The translations under genes were made by a program, and so were the position numbers. 64,000 bases of DNA from positions 116,792-180,791 of the forward strand of contig JBBDXE010000008.1 of NCBI GenBank assembly GCA_040902505.1. The letters run 5' to 3'. Shown here one piece after another: positions 29,598 through 39,016 of the stretch. The notes below the pieces were generated by a model. That model was not told the DNA's origin and did not search any database. It saw only the letters and a program-made list of their open reading frames with translations. Position 1 is the first letter of the stretch. The number at the start of each line of letters is the position of its first letter. This DNA is from Dehalococcoidia bacterium. GTDB lineage: Bacteria; Chloroflexota; Dehalococcoidia; DSTF01; JACRBR01.

Positions 29598-31001
29598 TCA
29601 GACGGGAGCGCCCGGTGCGACCAGCGGCCACGGCCGCTCGCGCTCCATGATCGCCGCCAGGTCCAGCAGCAGGCCCTCCTCGTGGCGGCGCGCGTACACC
29701 TGCAGCCCCGTCGGCAGGCCGTTCGCCGACAGCCCGCCCGCGATCGAGATCGCCGGGTAGCCGGTGATGTTCGCCGGGATGGTCAGCAGCCCCGGGTTGT
29801 AGGGGTTGAGCTTCGTCTCGCCGCTGTACCGCGGCGCCGGGCCTTCCGCCTTGAACGGCTCGGTGGGGCTCGTCGGACAGACGATCAGGTCCACGTCCTC
29901 GAACACGTCCGCCATCGCTTCGTTCAGCTCCACCCGGAACTTCTCGAGCGACGCGGCGTGCCACACCCGGTAGTTAGGCGCCGAGTCCATGCCGTAGCGG
30001 ATCTCGAACGTCAGGTCGTCGCGGCAGTCGGGCCAGTACTCCTTCAGGTCGGCGAACAGCGACGGCAGCCCCGCGCTCGCCCACTTTCTCCCGCCCTCCG
30101 GGAGCCGCACCTCCCGCTCCACCCGCCGCAGCCCCGCTGCATCGAACAGCGTGTCTGCCGCCTCGCGCACCACCCGCTCCACCTCCGGCTCGACCACCGC
30201 CGTGCCGAACGTCACCGAGAACGCCGCCCGCAGCCCGCGCGTAGCGCGCGAGCCCAGCCCCGCCTCCCAGCCCTCGACGCGCGGGAGACTGAACGGGTCA
30301 CGCGCGTCGTACCCGGAAGCCACTTCGAGCCAGCGGGCGGTGTCACGCACACTGCGCGAGACCGTGCCCAGGCAGCTGGTGAGCGGGCCGTTGCGCGGCG
30401 CCGGCCCACGCGGGATCCGCCCGAACGTGCCCTTGAGCCCCACCAGCCCGCAGTACGCCGCCGGCAGCCGGATCGACCCGCCCCCGTCCGTCCCCGTCGC
30501 GATCGGCACCAGCCCGCCCGAAACCGCCGCCGCCGAACCGCCCGACGATCCCGCAGGCGTCCGTTCGAGGTCCCAGGGGTTGCGTGTCACGCCGTGCAGC
30601 TTCGTCGCCGTGTACCCAACGAGCCCGAACTCCGGCGACGCCGACTTCCCGGCGATCACCACGCCCGCTGCCCGCAGTCGCGTCACGTGCGTGCCGTCGT
30701 GGTCCGCGATGCGGTCCTTGAACACGACCGACCCCTCGGTCGAAGGCATCCCGGCGACGTCCTCCAGCTCCTTCACCAGGATCGGTACGCCGCCGAACGG
30801 CCCCGCGTCCTCGCCGGCGGCGATCCGGCGGTCGATCGCCTCCGCCGTCCGGCGCGCGCCTTCCGCGTCGAGGTATGTGACAGCGTTGAGCTTCGAGGAG
30901 GCGATCGCCTCCAGCGATGCTTCGAGCGCGTCCGCCGCCCGCACCTCGCGGCGGCGGATAGCCTCGGCGAGAGACGTTGCGTCACCCATCCACGGCTGCA
31001 T
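29598..31001 (-). CDS. Amidase (amidase signature family)
   Basis: GGSSGGSAAAV.GL....GTDGGGSIRLPAAYCGLVGLK amidase-signature motif. Confidence 0.85.
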   Translation of the reverse strand: MQPWMGDATSLAEAIRRREVRAADALEASLEAIASSKLNAVTYLDAEGARRTAEAIDRRIAAGEDAGPFGGVPILVKELEDVAGMPSTEGSVVFKDRIADHDGTHVTRLRAAGVVIAGKSASPEFGLVGYTATKLHGVTRNPWDLERTPAGSSGGSAAAVSGGLVPIATGTDGGGSIRLPAAYCGLVGLKGTFGRIPRGPAPRNGPLTSCLGTVSRSVRDTARWLEVASGYDARDPFSLPRVEGWEAGLGSRATRGLRAAFSVTFGTAVVEPEVERVVREAADTLFDAAGLRRVEREVRLPEGGRKWASAGLPSLFADLKEYWPDCRDDLTFEIRYGMDSAPNYRVWHAASLEKFRVELNEAMADVFEDVDLIVCPTSPTEPFKAEGPAPRYSGETKLNPYNPGLLTIPANITGYPAISIAGGLSANGLPTGLQVYARRHEEGLLLDLAAIMERERPWPLVAPGAPV

Positions 31002-31402
31002 CAGCGCACCTCACGGTCGGGGATCAGTGGATGTTCGGAACTATACGGCGCTGCACCCGGACGGGCGAGCGCACGCGGACGCGCTATCAGCCGCGCTTCG
31101 GCGGCGTGGGCTTTCGGATCGGTACGACGCGGATCGGGTACTTCGCCATTGGTCGAATCCAGCGCGAAGCCTAGTGCGCGCTCAGCTTGTGATCCAGCCC
31201 GCAGCGGATCCGCTGTCAAGTCGCCCTGACCTCCAGTGATGCGTCGGTGGCTCCGGTCCGGAGATCACGCCCGCTTGCACGTTCCCACAGGGACACCGCG
31301 CCGTGAGTGCGCTTTGGCCCCTGGACGTGATGCAAATGTGCGATTTTCGCAGCCAACTCGGTGGCGCCTCTGCTTGTGAATGTGCGAACATAGAACCTGA
31401 AC

Positions 31403-32803
31403 ATGACTCAGCGCTCGGATTCCTACGGGGCGCGACAGCGCTCGCGCCCGCCCCGCAGCCGTGTCCGCCGCTTCACCAACGTCGGCCGCATGCTGGCGCG
31501 CGTCTTCGCCGGCTACAAGTACATCAGCTTCCGCGAGAAGCGGAAGGGCACCGCTTGGGGCGAAGCCCGCCGCACCCAGCACCACGAGTGGAGCGCCAAC
31601 CGCTTCTACGAGACCGCCGTCCGCAACCAGGGCCTGATGATCAAGACCGGCCAGTTCCTCGGCTCCCGCCCCGACGTCCTCCCCGACGCCTACGTCGATG
31701 TCCTCTCCCGCCTGCATGACGAGGTCCCCCCCGAGCCCTTCGACGCCATCCGCGGCCAGATCGAGCGGGAGTTCGGCTGCCCGCTCGAGGACGTCTTCAC
31801 CGAGTTCGACCGCGAGCCCGTCGCGTCAGCGTCGCTGGCCCAGGTGCACCGCGCCGTCCTCAAGGACGGCCGCGTCGCCGCCGTGAAGGTGCAGTACCCC
31901 GGCATCGAGCGCATCATCGATATCGACCTCGGCAACCTCACGTTCTTCATCGGCGTCCTCAACCGCCTCGACCGCTCGATGGACTATCGCTTCGTCGCCG
32001 AGGAGATGCGCAAGCACATCCCGATGGAGCTGGACTTCATCAATGAAGGCCACAACGCCGAGCGCATCGCCGCTGCCTTCACGGGCGTCGAAGACATCGT
32101 CGTCCCCAAGATCTACTGGGAACACACCACCCGTCGCGTCCTCACCATGGAGTACATCGACGGCGTGAAGATCACCGACGCTGAAGGCATGCGGCGGATC
32201 GGAGTCGAACCCGCCGACGTCGCGAAGATCCTCGTCATGGCCTTCGCCGAGATGATCATCCGGCACGGCTTCTTCCACGCCGACCCCCACCCCGGCAACC
32301 TGATGACGCTGCCCGGCCCCAAGCTCGTGCTGATCGATTTCGGCCAGGCGAAGGAGCTGGGCCCCTCCTTCAAGGAGGTGCTGGTGCGCTTCACCCGCAC
32401 CATGCTCGCCGGCGACCAGGCGGCGATGGGCGTGGCCTTCCGCGAACTCGGCTTCCGCACGAAGAAGGACAACGCCGAGGGTTACGAGCAGCTCGGCGAC
32501 GCCTACGTCGGCCGCGTCGTGAAGCAGATGCAGGACACCGGCGCGGGCTGGGCCGAAGGCGAGGTGTTCGAGGAGTCGTACCAGGACATCACCAAGGTCC
32601 TGAAGGGCAACCCCCTCACCGCCGTCCCGCCCGACCTGCTCCTGGTCGGCCGAGTCTTCGGCCTGCTCAACGGCCTCAGCAAGACGCTGCAGGCGAAGAC
32701 GAACATGCTCTCTGCCTTCGCCCAGCTCGCCGACGAGATGGAAGCCGCGAAGGCCAACGGCCACGCCGCCGGCACCCCCTCCGGCCGCCTCCTCGAAGCG
32801 TAA
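31403..32803 (+). CDS. ABC1/UbiB-family atypical kinase
   Basis: ..ASASLAQVHRAVLKDGRVAAVKVQYPGIE.. together with ..HADPHPGNL.., characteristic of AarF/ABC1/UbiB. Confidence 0.8.
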   Translation: MTQRSDSYGARQRSRPPRSRVRRFTNVGRMLARVFAGYKYISFREKRKGTAWGEARRTQHHEWSANRFYETAVRNQGLMIKTGQFLGSRPDVLPDAYVDVLSRLHDEVPPEPFDAIRGQIEREFGCPLEDVFTEFDREPVASASLAQVHRAVLKDGRVAAVKVQYPGIERIIDIDLGNLTFFIGVLNRLDRSMDYRFVAEEMRKHIPMELDFINEGHNAERIAAAFTGVEDIVVPKIYWEHTTRRVLTMEYIDGVKITDAEGMRRIGVEPADVAKILVMAFAEMIIRHGFFHADPHPGNLMTLPGPKLVLIDFGQAKELGPSFKEVLVRFTRTMLAGDQAAMGVAFRELGFRTKKDNAEGYEQLGDAYVGRVVKQMQDTGAGWAEGEVFEESYQDITKVLKGNPLTAVPPDLLLVGRVFGLLNGLSKTLQAKTNMLSAFAQLADEMEAAKANGHAAGTPSGRLLEA

Positions 32804-32855
32804 GGCCGCCCTCCCAGCTCGCTATACTGCTTGCACGAACAACGGAGAGGCGTCG

Positions 32856-33074
32856 ATGGCCGTCCGCCGAAGCACCAACCAGAGCGCACGAACTCCGAAG
32901 AAGGCCGTCTCCGAAGAGGAGCGTGCGAAAAGGGCCAAAGCGCGCGCCGTTGTCGCCAGGGTACGCGCGAACAAGGAGTTCGTGGCTGGCGTCCGAGAGT
33001 CCCTCGAGGCCCGCCGCCGCGGCGAAAAACCGATCTCGTTAGACGAACTGAAACGCCTCATCGGCGACGCTTAG
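32856..33074 (+). CDS. Putative type II antitoxin (small basic protein)
   Basis: 72 aa, Lys/Arg-rich. The stop is 4 nt before the next gene. Confidence 0.35.
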   Translation: MAVRRSTNQSARTPKKAVSEEERAKRAKARAVVARVRANKEFVAGVRESLEARRRGEKPISLDELKRLIGDA

Positions 33075-33077
33075 GGA

Positions 33078-33371
33078 GTGCCTGAGTATCTCATCGGGCT
33101 CGATCCGTCGGCTCGCCGCTCTTACGAGAAGGTCGCGATTTCGACTGAGCGTGTACGCATTGACCGGATCCTCCAGAGTATCTGCGTCGATCCGGTCATC
33201 GACGATGAGACGAAGTTTGCCTTTCGCTCTGAGCGTGCCGGCCTCCGTGTGTACATGGATGCGGAGTTTTGGGTTGTCTATGAGGTCGTCGGCCCCGGTT
33301 CAATCGTCGCCGTGAACATGGGGTTCGAGGAGGAGCCACCGCGCGTGGAGCGCGAAGAGCCTCTTCTCTAA
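33078..33371 (+). CDS. Putative RelE/ParE-like toxin
   Basis: 97 aa. The C-terminal ..RVYMDAEFWVVYEVVGPGSIVAVNMG resembles the RelE/ParE beta-sheet core. Tightly coupled to the upstream small gene. Confidence 0.35.
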   Translation: MPEYLIGLDPSARRSYEKVAISTERVRIDRILQSICVDPVIDDETKFAFRSERAGLRVYMDAEFWVVYEVVGPGSIVAVNMGFEEEPPRVEREEPLL

Positions 33372-33374
33372 TCC

Positions 33375-33430
33375 CGGCGACCAGCGACCTGCGACCAGCA
33401 ACCAGTCACGAGCAACCCGGCAACCAGAAC
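33375..33430 (+). repeat. Short-period tandem repeat (CGACCAG / CAACCAG)n
   Basis: cggcgaccagcgacctgcgaccagcaaccagtcacgagcaacccggcaaccagaac. Confidence 0.65.
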
Positions 33431-33496
33431 AGCGGTTGATCGCCCGCACCCCCCGCCGTACCATGCCGTCAACCTGACGTAAGACGGAGCGGAATC

Positions 33497-34720
33497 ATGC
33501 CTGACCGCGCCCTCGAAGGCGTGCGCGTCGTCGACATCTCGCAGGGCATCGCCGGCCCCTACGCCACGAAGCTCCTCGCCGACTCCGGCGCCCGCGTCGT
33601 GAAGGTCGAGCCGCCCGCCGGCGACTACAGCCGCCGCCTCGGCCCCTTCCCCGGCGATGTCCCCGACCCCGAGCGCTCCGGCCTCTTCCTCCACCTCAAC
33701 ACCGGCAAGCGCAGCGTCACCCTCGACGTCTCCGTCGCCTCCGGGCAGGCCGTGCTGAAGAAGCTGCTGGCGAAGGCCGACATCTTCGTCGCCGGCGAGC
33801 GTACCTCGACGCTGAAGTCGTGGGGCCTCACCTACGACGACCTGAAGGCCGCCTATCCGGAGCTTGTCGTCGCCCAGGTGTCACCCTTCGGCGCGACCGG
33901 CCCCTACGCCGGCTACGGCGGCAACAGCCTCACCGCGCTGGCCATGAGCAGCATCATGTACAACACCGGCAACCCCGACCGCGAGCCGCTGGCCACCGGC
34001 GGTGAGCCCGGCGAGTACATCGCGGGCGTGCAGCTCTGGCTCGGCATTCTCGCGGCGCTGATGAATCGCGACGCACGCGGCGGCGGCGACCATGTCGACG
34101 TCTCCATCGCCGAGGCCGTCGCGGCGGCCGACGAGTACAACGCCGCCATGTACGCATTTCAGGGGGCCATCCGGCGCCGCTTCTACTCGCGCCACATCTT
34201 CGGCTACCCCAACGACATCGTGGAGTGCGCCGATGGCTATATCGTCATGATCCCCGGCGCCACCGGCTTTCCCTCCCCCCTGAACCCCGGCGTCGCCTCC
34301 CCCATGGGCCTGCTGCTCGAAGATGTGGAGCTGGACAAGTCGCCCCTCTTCACCCAGATGGGCGAGCGAATGCTCAACTGGCAGCAGTTCGACGAGCTGG
34401 TCCAGCCCTACCTCTCCACCCACACCGCCGTCGACATCGTGATGACGGCGCAGGCGCTGCGCATGCCCTTCGCCTTCGTCCCTACCGCCTCCGACCTGCT
34501 GTCCGACGACCACCTCGCCGAGCGCCGCTTCTTCGAGACCGTCCAACACCCGAAAGCCGGCGAGCTGAAGCTCCCCGGGGCGCCCTTCCGCATGTCCGAG
34601 ACGCCGCTGCAGACCGCCCCCGCCCCGCTCCGCGGCGAGGCGAACGAAGAGGTGCTCGTCGGCGAGCTGGGCTACGAGAAGTCCGACCTCACCGTGCTCA
34701 GCGACCGGGGCGTGCTATGA
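33497..34720 (+). CDS. CoA-transferase family III (CaiB/BaiF) protein
   Basis: N-terminal L.GVRVVD.SQ..AGPYATKLLAD.GA.V.KVE signature. Confidence 0.85.
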   Translation: MPDRALEGVRVVDISQGIAGPYATKLLADSGARVVKVEPPAGDYSRRLGPFPGDVPDPERSGLFLHLNTGKRSVTLDVSVASGQAVLKKLLAKADIFVAGERTSTLKSWGLTYDDLKAAYPELVVAQVSPFGATGPYAGYGGNSLTALAMSSIMYNTGNPDREPLATGGEPGEYIAGVQLWLGILAALMNRDARGGGDHVDVSIAEAVAAADEYNAAMYAFQGAIRRRFYSRHIFGYPNDIVECADGYIVMIPGATGFPSPLNPGVASPMGLLLEDVELDKSPLFTQMGERMLNWQQFDELVQPYLSTHTAVDIVMTAQALRMPFAFVPTASDLLSDDHLAERRFFETVQHPKAGELKLPGAPFRMSETPLQTAPAPLRGEANEEVLVGELGYEKSDLTVLSDRGVL

Positions 34721-36075
34721 CCGCCGGGCCCCTCCCTCTCGAAGGCGTCCGCATCGTCGACCTGGCGCAGGTGTTCGCCGGCCCGGCCTGCACCCGAATC
34801 CTCGCCGACCTCGGCGCCGACGTCATCCGCTTCGAGTCACCGAGCCGCCTCGACGTCACCCGCAACCTCATCCTCACCGACAACGACGGCATGGACCACC
34901 CGTGGCACCGCGCGTCCTACTGGGTGCTGCGCAACGCCGGCAAGCGCGAAGTCATGATCAATCTGGCAACGGAACCGGCGCGCGAGATCATCCGAAAGCT
35001 TGTCGCGAACGCCGACGTGGTGGTCGAGAGCTTCACCCCGCGCGTGATGCAGCAGTTCGGCCTCGCGTACGAGCAGCTCCGCGAGATCAAGCCCGACCTC
35101 ATCATGTGTTCGCTCTCCGGCTATGGCCAGGACGGCCCCATGCGCGACTTCGGCGCCTACGGCATGGGGCTGGAGGCCGCGTCAGGTATCTCCTCCATCA
35201 CCGGCTATGCAGGCGGGCCGCCGATCCGCTCCGGCCTCTCCTTCACCGACCCTTACTCCGGCTTCGTCGGCGCTGGCGCCGTGCTGACGGCGCTGCTCTA
35301 CCGAAAGCGCACCGGAAAGGGACAGTACATCGACCTCTCCGAGCAGGAGGCGGCGATCCCCATCATGGGCGCCGCCCTGCTGGAGTACCAGATGAACGCG
35401 CGCCTGCAGCCCCGGAACGGCAACCGCAGCGAGTGGGCCGCCCCCCAGGGCTGCTACCGCTGCGCCGGCGATGACCGCTGGGCGGTGATCTCCTGCTCCG
35501 ACGACGCCGAGTTTGGTCGCCTCGCGCGGGCGATGGGCCACGACGAATGGACGAAGGACGACCGCTTCGCGACCGTCCTTGCGCGGCACCAGCACCACGA
35601 CGCGCTCGATGCCGCCATCACCGGATGGACGTCGCAGCGCGACCACTACGACGTCATGCACACGCTGCAGAAGGCCGGCGTGAAGGCCGCCGCCGTCCTC
35701 GACGGCAAGGAGGCGCTGCTCGACCCGCACCTCCGCGCCCGGGACCACTTCGACACGATCGACCAGCCGATGCTCGGCAAGCGCCCGGTGCAGCGCCACG
35801 TCGCCGCGAAGTTCACGCGGTTCGAGCCGAAAGCCCGCCGCCACGCCCCTCTCCTCGGCGAACACAACGAGGAGGTTCTGCGCGAGATCGGAATGTCCGA
35901 CGCCGAGATCGCGCAGCTCAAGGAAGACAGCGTCATCGCCGACACCCCGCGCATCCCCGTCCCCCCGCAGATCATCTCCATGGCGCTGAAGCTCCCCTAC
36001 GACCGCTACATCGAGGCCGGCATTCTGCAGGCCATCGAGCCCGACTATCGCGAGCAGCTTGGCATCGCCGAATGA
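34717..36075 (+). CDS. CoA-transferase family III (CaiB/BaiF) protein (paralog)
   Basis: LEGVRIVDLAQVFAGPACTRILADLGADVIRFE. ATGA overlap with the upstream gene. The longer ORF from 34225 is rejected. Confidence 0.85.
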   Translation: MTAGPLPLEGVRIVDLAQVFAGPACTRILADLGADVIRFESPSRLDVTRNLILTDNDGMDHPWHRASYWVLRNAGKREVMINLATEPAREIIRKLVANADVVVESFTPRVMQQFGLAYEQLREIKPDLIMCSLSGYGQDGPMRDFGAYGMGLEAASGISSITGYAGGPPIRSGLSFTDPYSGFVGAGAVLTALLYRKRTGKGQYIDLSEQEAAIPIMGAALLEYQMNARLQPRNGNRSEWAAPQGCYRCAGDDRWAVISCSDDAEFGRLARAMGHDEWTKDDRFATVLARHQHHDALDAAITGWTSQRDHYDVMHTLQKAGVKAAAVLDGKEALLDPHLRARDHFDTIDQPMLGKRPVQRHVAAKFTRFEPKARRHAPLLGEHNEEVLREIGMSDAEIAQLKEDSVIADTPRIPVPPQIISMALKLPYDRYIEAGILQAIEPDYREQLGIAE

Positions 36076-36680
36076 CGCCGCGCGGCCACCCGCCCATCGA
36101 CGTCCGTCCCGTCGTCCTCGAAGGCGAACACGTCCGCCTCGAGCCGCTCAGCCGCGAGCATCTCGACGGCATCGAGCGTGCCGGCTCCTTCGAGCAGATT
36201 TGGCGCTGGATGTCGTTGTTCCCGCGTGCACGCGAAGACTTCGAGCGGGTGATCGACGAGGCCCTGCGTCAGCGCGAGGCCGGCCTCAGGTTGGCCTTCG
36301 CCATCATCGAGAAGACCAGCGCCGAAGTCGTCGGCAGCACCAGCTTCGTGGCCATCAGCCCGCGGGACCGCCGGCTGGAGATCGGGAGCACCTGGCTGAC
36401 GCCGCGCGTCCAGCGCACGCCCGTGAACACCGAGTGCAAGTACCTGCTGCTCCGCCACTGCTTCGAGGATCTCGGCTGCCTGCGCGTCGAGCTGAAGGCC
36501 GACGCCCGGAACACGCCGTCACGCAACGCCATCCTCCGCATTGGCGCGAAGGAGGAGGGGACCCTCCGAAAGCATCAGCTGCAGCAGGACGGCGTGCAGC
36601 GCGATTCCGTCTACTTCAGCATCCTCGACGACGAGTGGCCCGACGTGAAGCGCCGCCTCGAGGAGATGCTCCGCCGCTGA
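36072..36680 (+). CDS. GNAT family N-acetyltransferase (RimJ/RimL-like)
   Basis: ATGA overlap with the upstream CoA-transferase. Core ..ECKYLLLRHCFEDLGCLRVELK.DARN..S... is GNAT-like. Confidence 0.7.
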   Translation: MTPRGHPPIDVRPVVLEGEHVRLEPLSREHLDGIERAGSFEQIWRWMSLFPRAREDFERVIDEALRQREAGLRLAFAIIEKTSAEVVGSTSFVAISPRDRRLEIGSTWLTPRVQRTPVNTECKYLLLRHCFEDLGCLRVELKADARNTPSRNAILRIGAKEEGTLRKHQLQQDGVQRDSVYFSILDDEWPDVKRRLEEMLRR

Positions 36681-36690
36681 GTCCGCTACC

Positions 36691-36838
36691 CTAGCAAGGT
36701 GCTGAAAAAGGGGGTACAGGGGGCAGAGCCCCTTGTCGGGGGGCTCCGGGGGGTGTCCCCCCGGATTCACAACCATCCAACTGGGCGGGCGGGTGGGAAC
36801 GTCAACTGTTCCTCTTCGGGTTTTCAGCACCCTGCTAG
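36691..36838. mobile_element. MITE-like element copy 1: 148 bp with 18-bp terminal inverted repeats (CTAGCAAGGTGCTGAAAA ... TTTTCAGCACCCTGCTAG)
   Basis: Near-identical to 55986..56135 (one T-run indel). Internal perfect hairpin ccggggggtgtccccccgg. No coding capacity. Confidence 0.75.
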
Positions 36839-36890
36839 CGGGCGAAGCCGCCACCCGTGGATGGGCGTGCGCTCAACGGAAGGGGCGGGG

Positions 36891-36924
36891 TGCTCACGGC
36901 TCACAGCTCAAGGCTCACGGCTGA
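36891..36924 (+). repeat. Short-period tandem repeat (CTCACGG / CTCACAG)n upstream of the GT4 gene
   Basis: tgctcacggctcacagctcaaggctcacggctga. Confidence 0.6.
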
Positions 36925-36927
36925 ATC

Positions 36928-38229
36928 ATGAAAATCTGCTTCCTGATGTACCAGGGCAACATGTACTCGGGTGGGCAGGGCGTCTACCTCTACTACCTGA
37001 CCCGCGAGCTGGCGCGCTTGGGCCACGAGGTGCACGTCATCGCCGGGCCGCCCTACCCCCGCCTCGATGAGGCAGTCACTGCCCACCACATCACCGACTA
37101 CAGCTACTGGACGTACCACCACTACAAGAAGGACTTCATCTTCAACCGGCCGCCCCTCAGCTACTTCCACCCCGTCAACTTCTACGACTTCATCTCCACC
37201 CGCATCAGCCTCTCCTCGCTGCTGGCGAACTTCAGCGTGCGCGCCTACCTCAAGCTGCGCGAACTGTCCCGCGAGCACCGCTTCGACATCGTCCACGACA
37301 ACCAGACCCTGAGCTACGGCGTCTGGGCCGCCCACGCCACGGGATTCCCCCTCGTCGCCACGATCCACCACCCCCTCTCGTACGACCTGCGCAACGCCCT
37401 CCGCCAGGCCCGCACCGCCTACGAACGCGCCCGCCGCATCCTCTGGTCGCCCTGGATGATGCAGGAGGTCGTCGCCCGCCGCATCGAGCGGATCATCGTC
37501 GTCTCCGAGACCTCGAAGGTCGACGTCATGGACGCCTTCGGCCTCCCCGAGGACCGGATCCGCGTCGTCCACAACGGCATCGACACCGACACCTTTCGCC
37601 CGCTTCCGGACGTGGAGCGCCAGCCGGACAAGCTGCTCTACGTCGGCAACTCGGAGGACCGCAACAAGGGCGCCCGCTACCTCCTCGAGGCGCTGGACAT
37701 CCTCAAGGACGAGCTGGACTTCCGCGTGACCTTCGTGGACAACGAGAAGTGGCAGCTCAAGCTCGCCCCCCGCCTCGTCGACGAGCTGGGCCTGCACTCC
37801 CGCGTGGACTTCACCGGACGCATCACCACCCCCGAACTGGTGCGACACTACAACGAGGCGCGCCTCCTCGTCTCTTCGTCGCTGCACGAGGGCTTCGGCC
37901 TGCCGCTGGCGGAGGCGATGTCCTGCGGCACGCCCGTCATCGGGACGCAGATCGGCGCCTTCCGCGAGATCGTCCGCCACGGCGAAGACGGCTGGCTCGT
38001 CCCCCCCGGAGACTCCCGCGCGCTTGCGGAGGCGATCCGGATGATGTGGAATGACCCATCGTTGCGGGAGCGCCTCGGCGAGGCCGGCCGGCGCCGGATC
38101 CTCGATCGCTTTAGCTGGCGCCGCGCCGCCGAGCAGACGGTCGCCGTCTACGAGGAAGTTGCGCGGCCCCGGCGGAGCGTGCATCGGGCGCCCGCCATCG
38201 CTTCTACAGGTCAGGACCAGGACCGCTAG
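36928..38229 (+). CDS. Glycosyltransferase family 4 (GT-B, RfaB-like)
   Basis: N-terminal MYQGNMYSGGQGVY sugar-donor-loop motif. The C-terminal E-X7-E region (..SSSLHEGFGLPLAEAMSCGTPVIGT..) is typical of GT4. Confidence 0.8.
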   Translation: MKICFLMYQGNMYSGGQGVYLYYLTRELARLGHEVHVIAGPPYPRLDEAVTAHHITDYSYWTYHHYKKDFIFNRPPLSYFHPVNFYDFISTRISLSSLLANFSVRAYLKLRELSREHRFDIVHDNQTLSYGVWAAHATGFPLVATIHHPLSYDLRNALRQARTAYERARRILWSPWMMQEVVARRIERIIVVSETSKVDVMDAFGLPEDRIRVVHNGIDTDTFRPLPDVERQPDKLLYVGNSEDRNKGARYLLEALDILKDELDFRVTFVDNEKWQLKLAPRLVDELGLHSRVDFTGRITTPELVRHYNEARLLVSSSLHEGFGLPLAEAMSCGTPVIGTQIGAFREIVRHGEDGWLVPPGDSRALAEAIRMMWNDPSLRERLGEAGRRRILDRFSWRRAAEQTVAVYEEVARPRRSVHRAPAIASTGQDQDR

Positions 38230-38242
38230 CGCAGGAGCGCGC

Positions 38243-39016
38243 GTGCCCGACAACATCGTCAACGTCGACTTCCGCCGGCACTTCCGGCTCCGCCCCGGCG
38301 AGCGCGTACTCGACCTGGGCTGCGGCAGCGGCCGCCACACCCTCGAGGCCGCACGCTACCCCGTCCGCGTCGTCGGGCTCGACTTTTCCCGCGACGACCT
38401 GCAGGCCGCGCGCTTCATGTACGCCGACCTCCAGCGCAAGGGACAGGCCCCCGGCCATGTCGACTTCATCGTCGGCGACGCGCAGAACATGCCGTTCAAA
38501 GACGGCGCCTTCGACAAGTCGATCTGCACCGAAGTCTTCGAGCACATCCCCGACGATGCGCGCGGCATCGCCGAGTTCGAGCGCGTGACCAGGCCCGGCG
38601 CGGCGGTCGCAGTGAGCGTGCCGAACTACTGGCCCGAGACCGCCTTCTGGACGCTCAGCTGGGGCTACTGGCACACCCCCGGCGGCCACGTACGCCGCTA
38701 CCGCCCCGGGCAGATGCGCGGGATACTCGAGCAACAGGACATAACGATCGCATTCCAGCGCAACCGCCACTCATTCCAGTCCGTCTACTGGTTCTTCCGC
38801 TGCCTCTTCGGCATCGACAACGAGGGCTTCCTGCCCGTTCGCGTGTTCCAGAAGTTCATCAACTGGCACCACGCCCGCCGCATCAAGCTCCTGGAATACG
38901 TCGAAGCGACCGCCAACCTCGTGATCGGGAAGGATATGATCCTCTACGGCCGCAAGCGCGGCGGCGCCACGGAAGAGCCGGCTGCCGTCGCTGCCGCCGG
39001 CGCGCGCGAAGGATGA
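38243..39016 (+). CDS. Class I SAM-dependent methyltransferase
   Basis: GTG 38243 after a CAGGAG RBS. VLDLGCGSG motif I, with ..FDKSICTEVFEHIPDD.. and ..RVTRPGAAVAVSVPN.. SAM-MTase motifs. The longer ORF from 38051 overlaps the GT and is rejected. Confidence 0.75.
   Translation: MPDNIVNVDFRRHFRLRPGERVLDLGCGSGRHTLEAARYPVRVVGLDFSRDDLQAARFMYADLQRKGQAPGHVDFIVGDAQNMPFKDGAFDKSICTEVFEHIPDDARGIAEFERVTRPGAAVAVSVPNYWPETAFWTLSWGYWHTPGGHVRRYRPGQMRGILEQQDITIAFQRNRHSFQSVYWFFRCLFGIDNEGFLPVRVFQKFINWHHARRIKLLEYVEATANLVIGKDMILYGRKRGGATEEPAAVAAAGAREG

Noticed and set aside
36699-37070. ORFs 36699..37070 and 55836..56135 that share the peptide KKGVQGAEPLVGGLRGVSPRIHNHPTGRAGGNVNCSSSGF
   Set aside because: The shared peptide simply reflects the duplicated 150-bp MITE-like DNA. 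No start or RBS, and the frames are not maintained outside the repeat.
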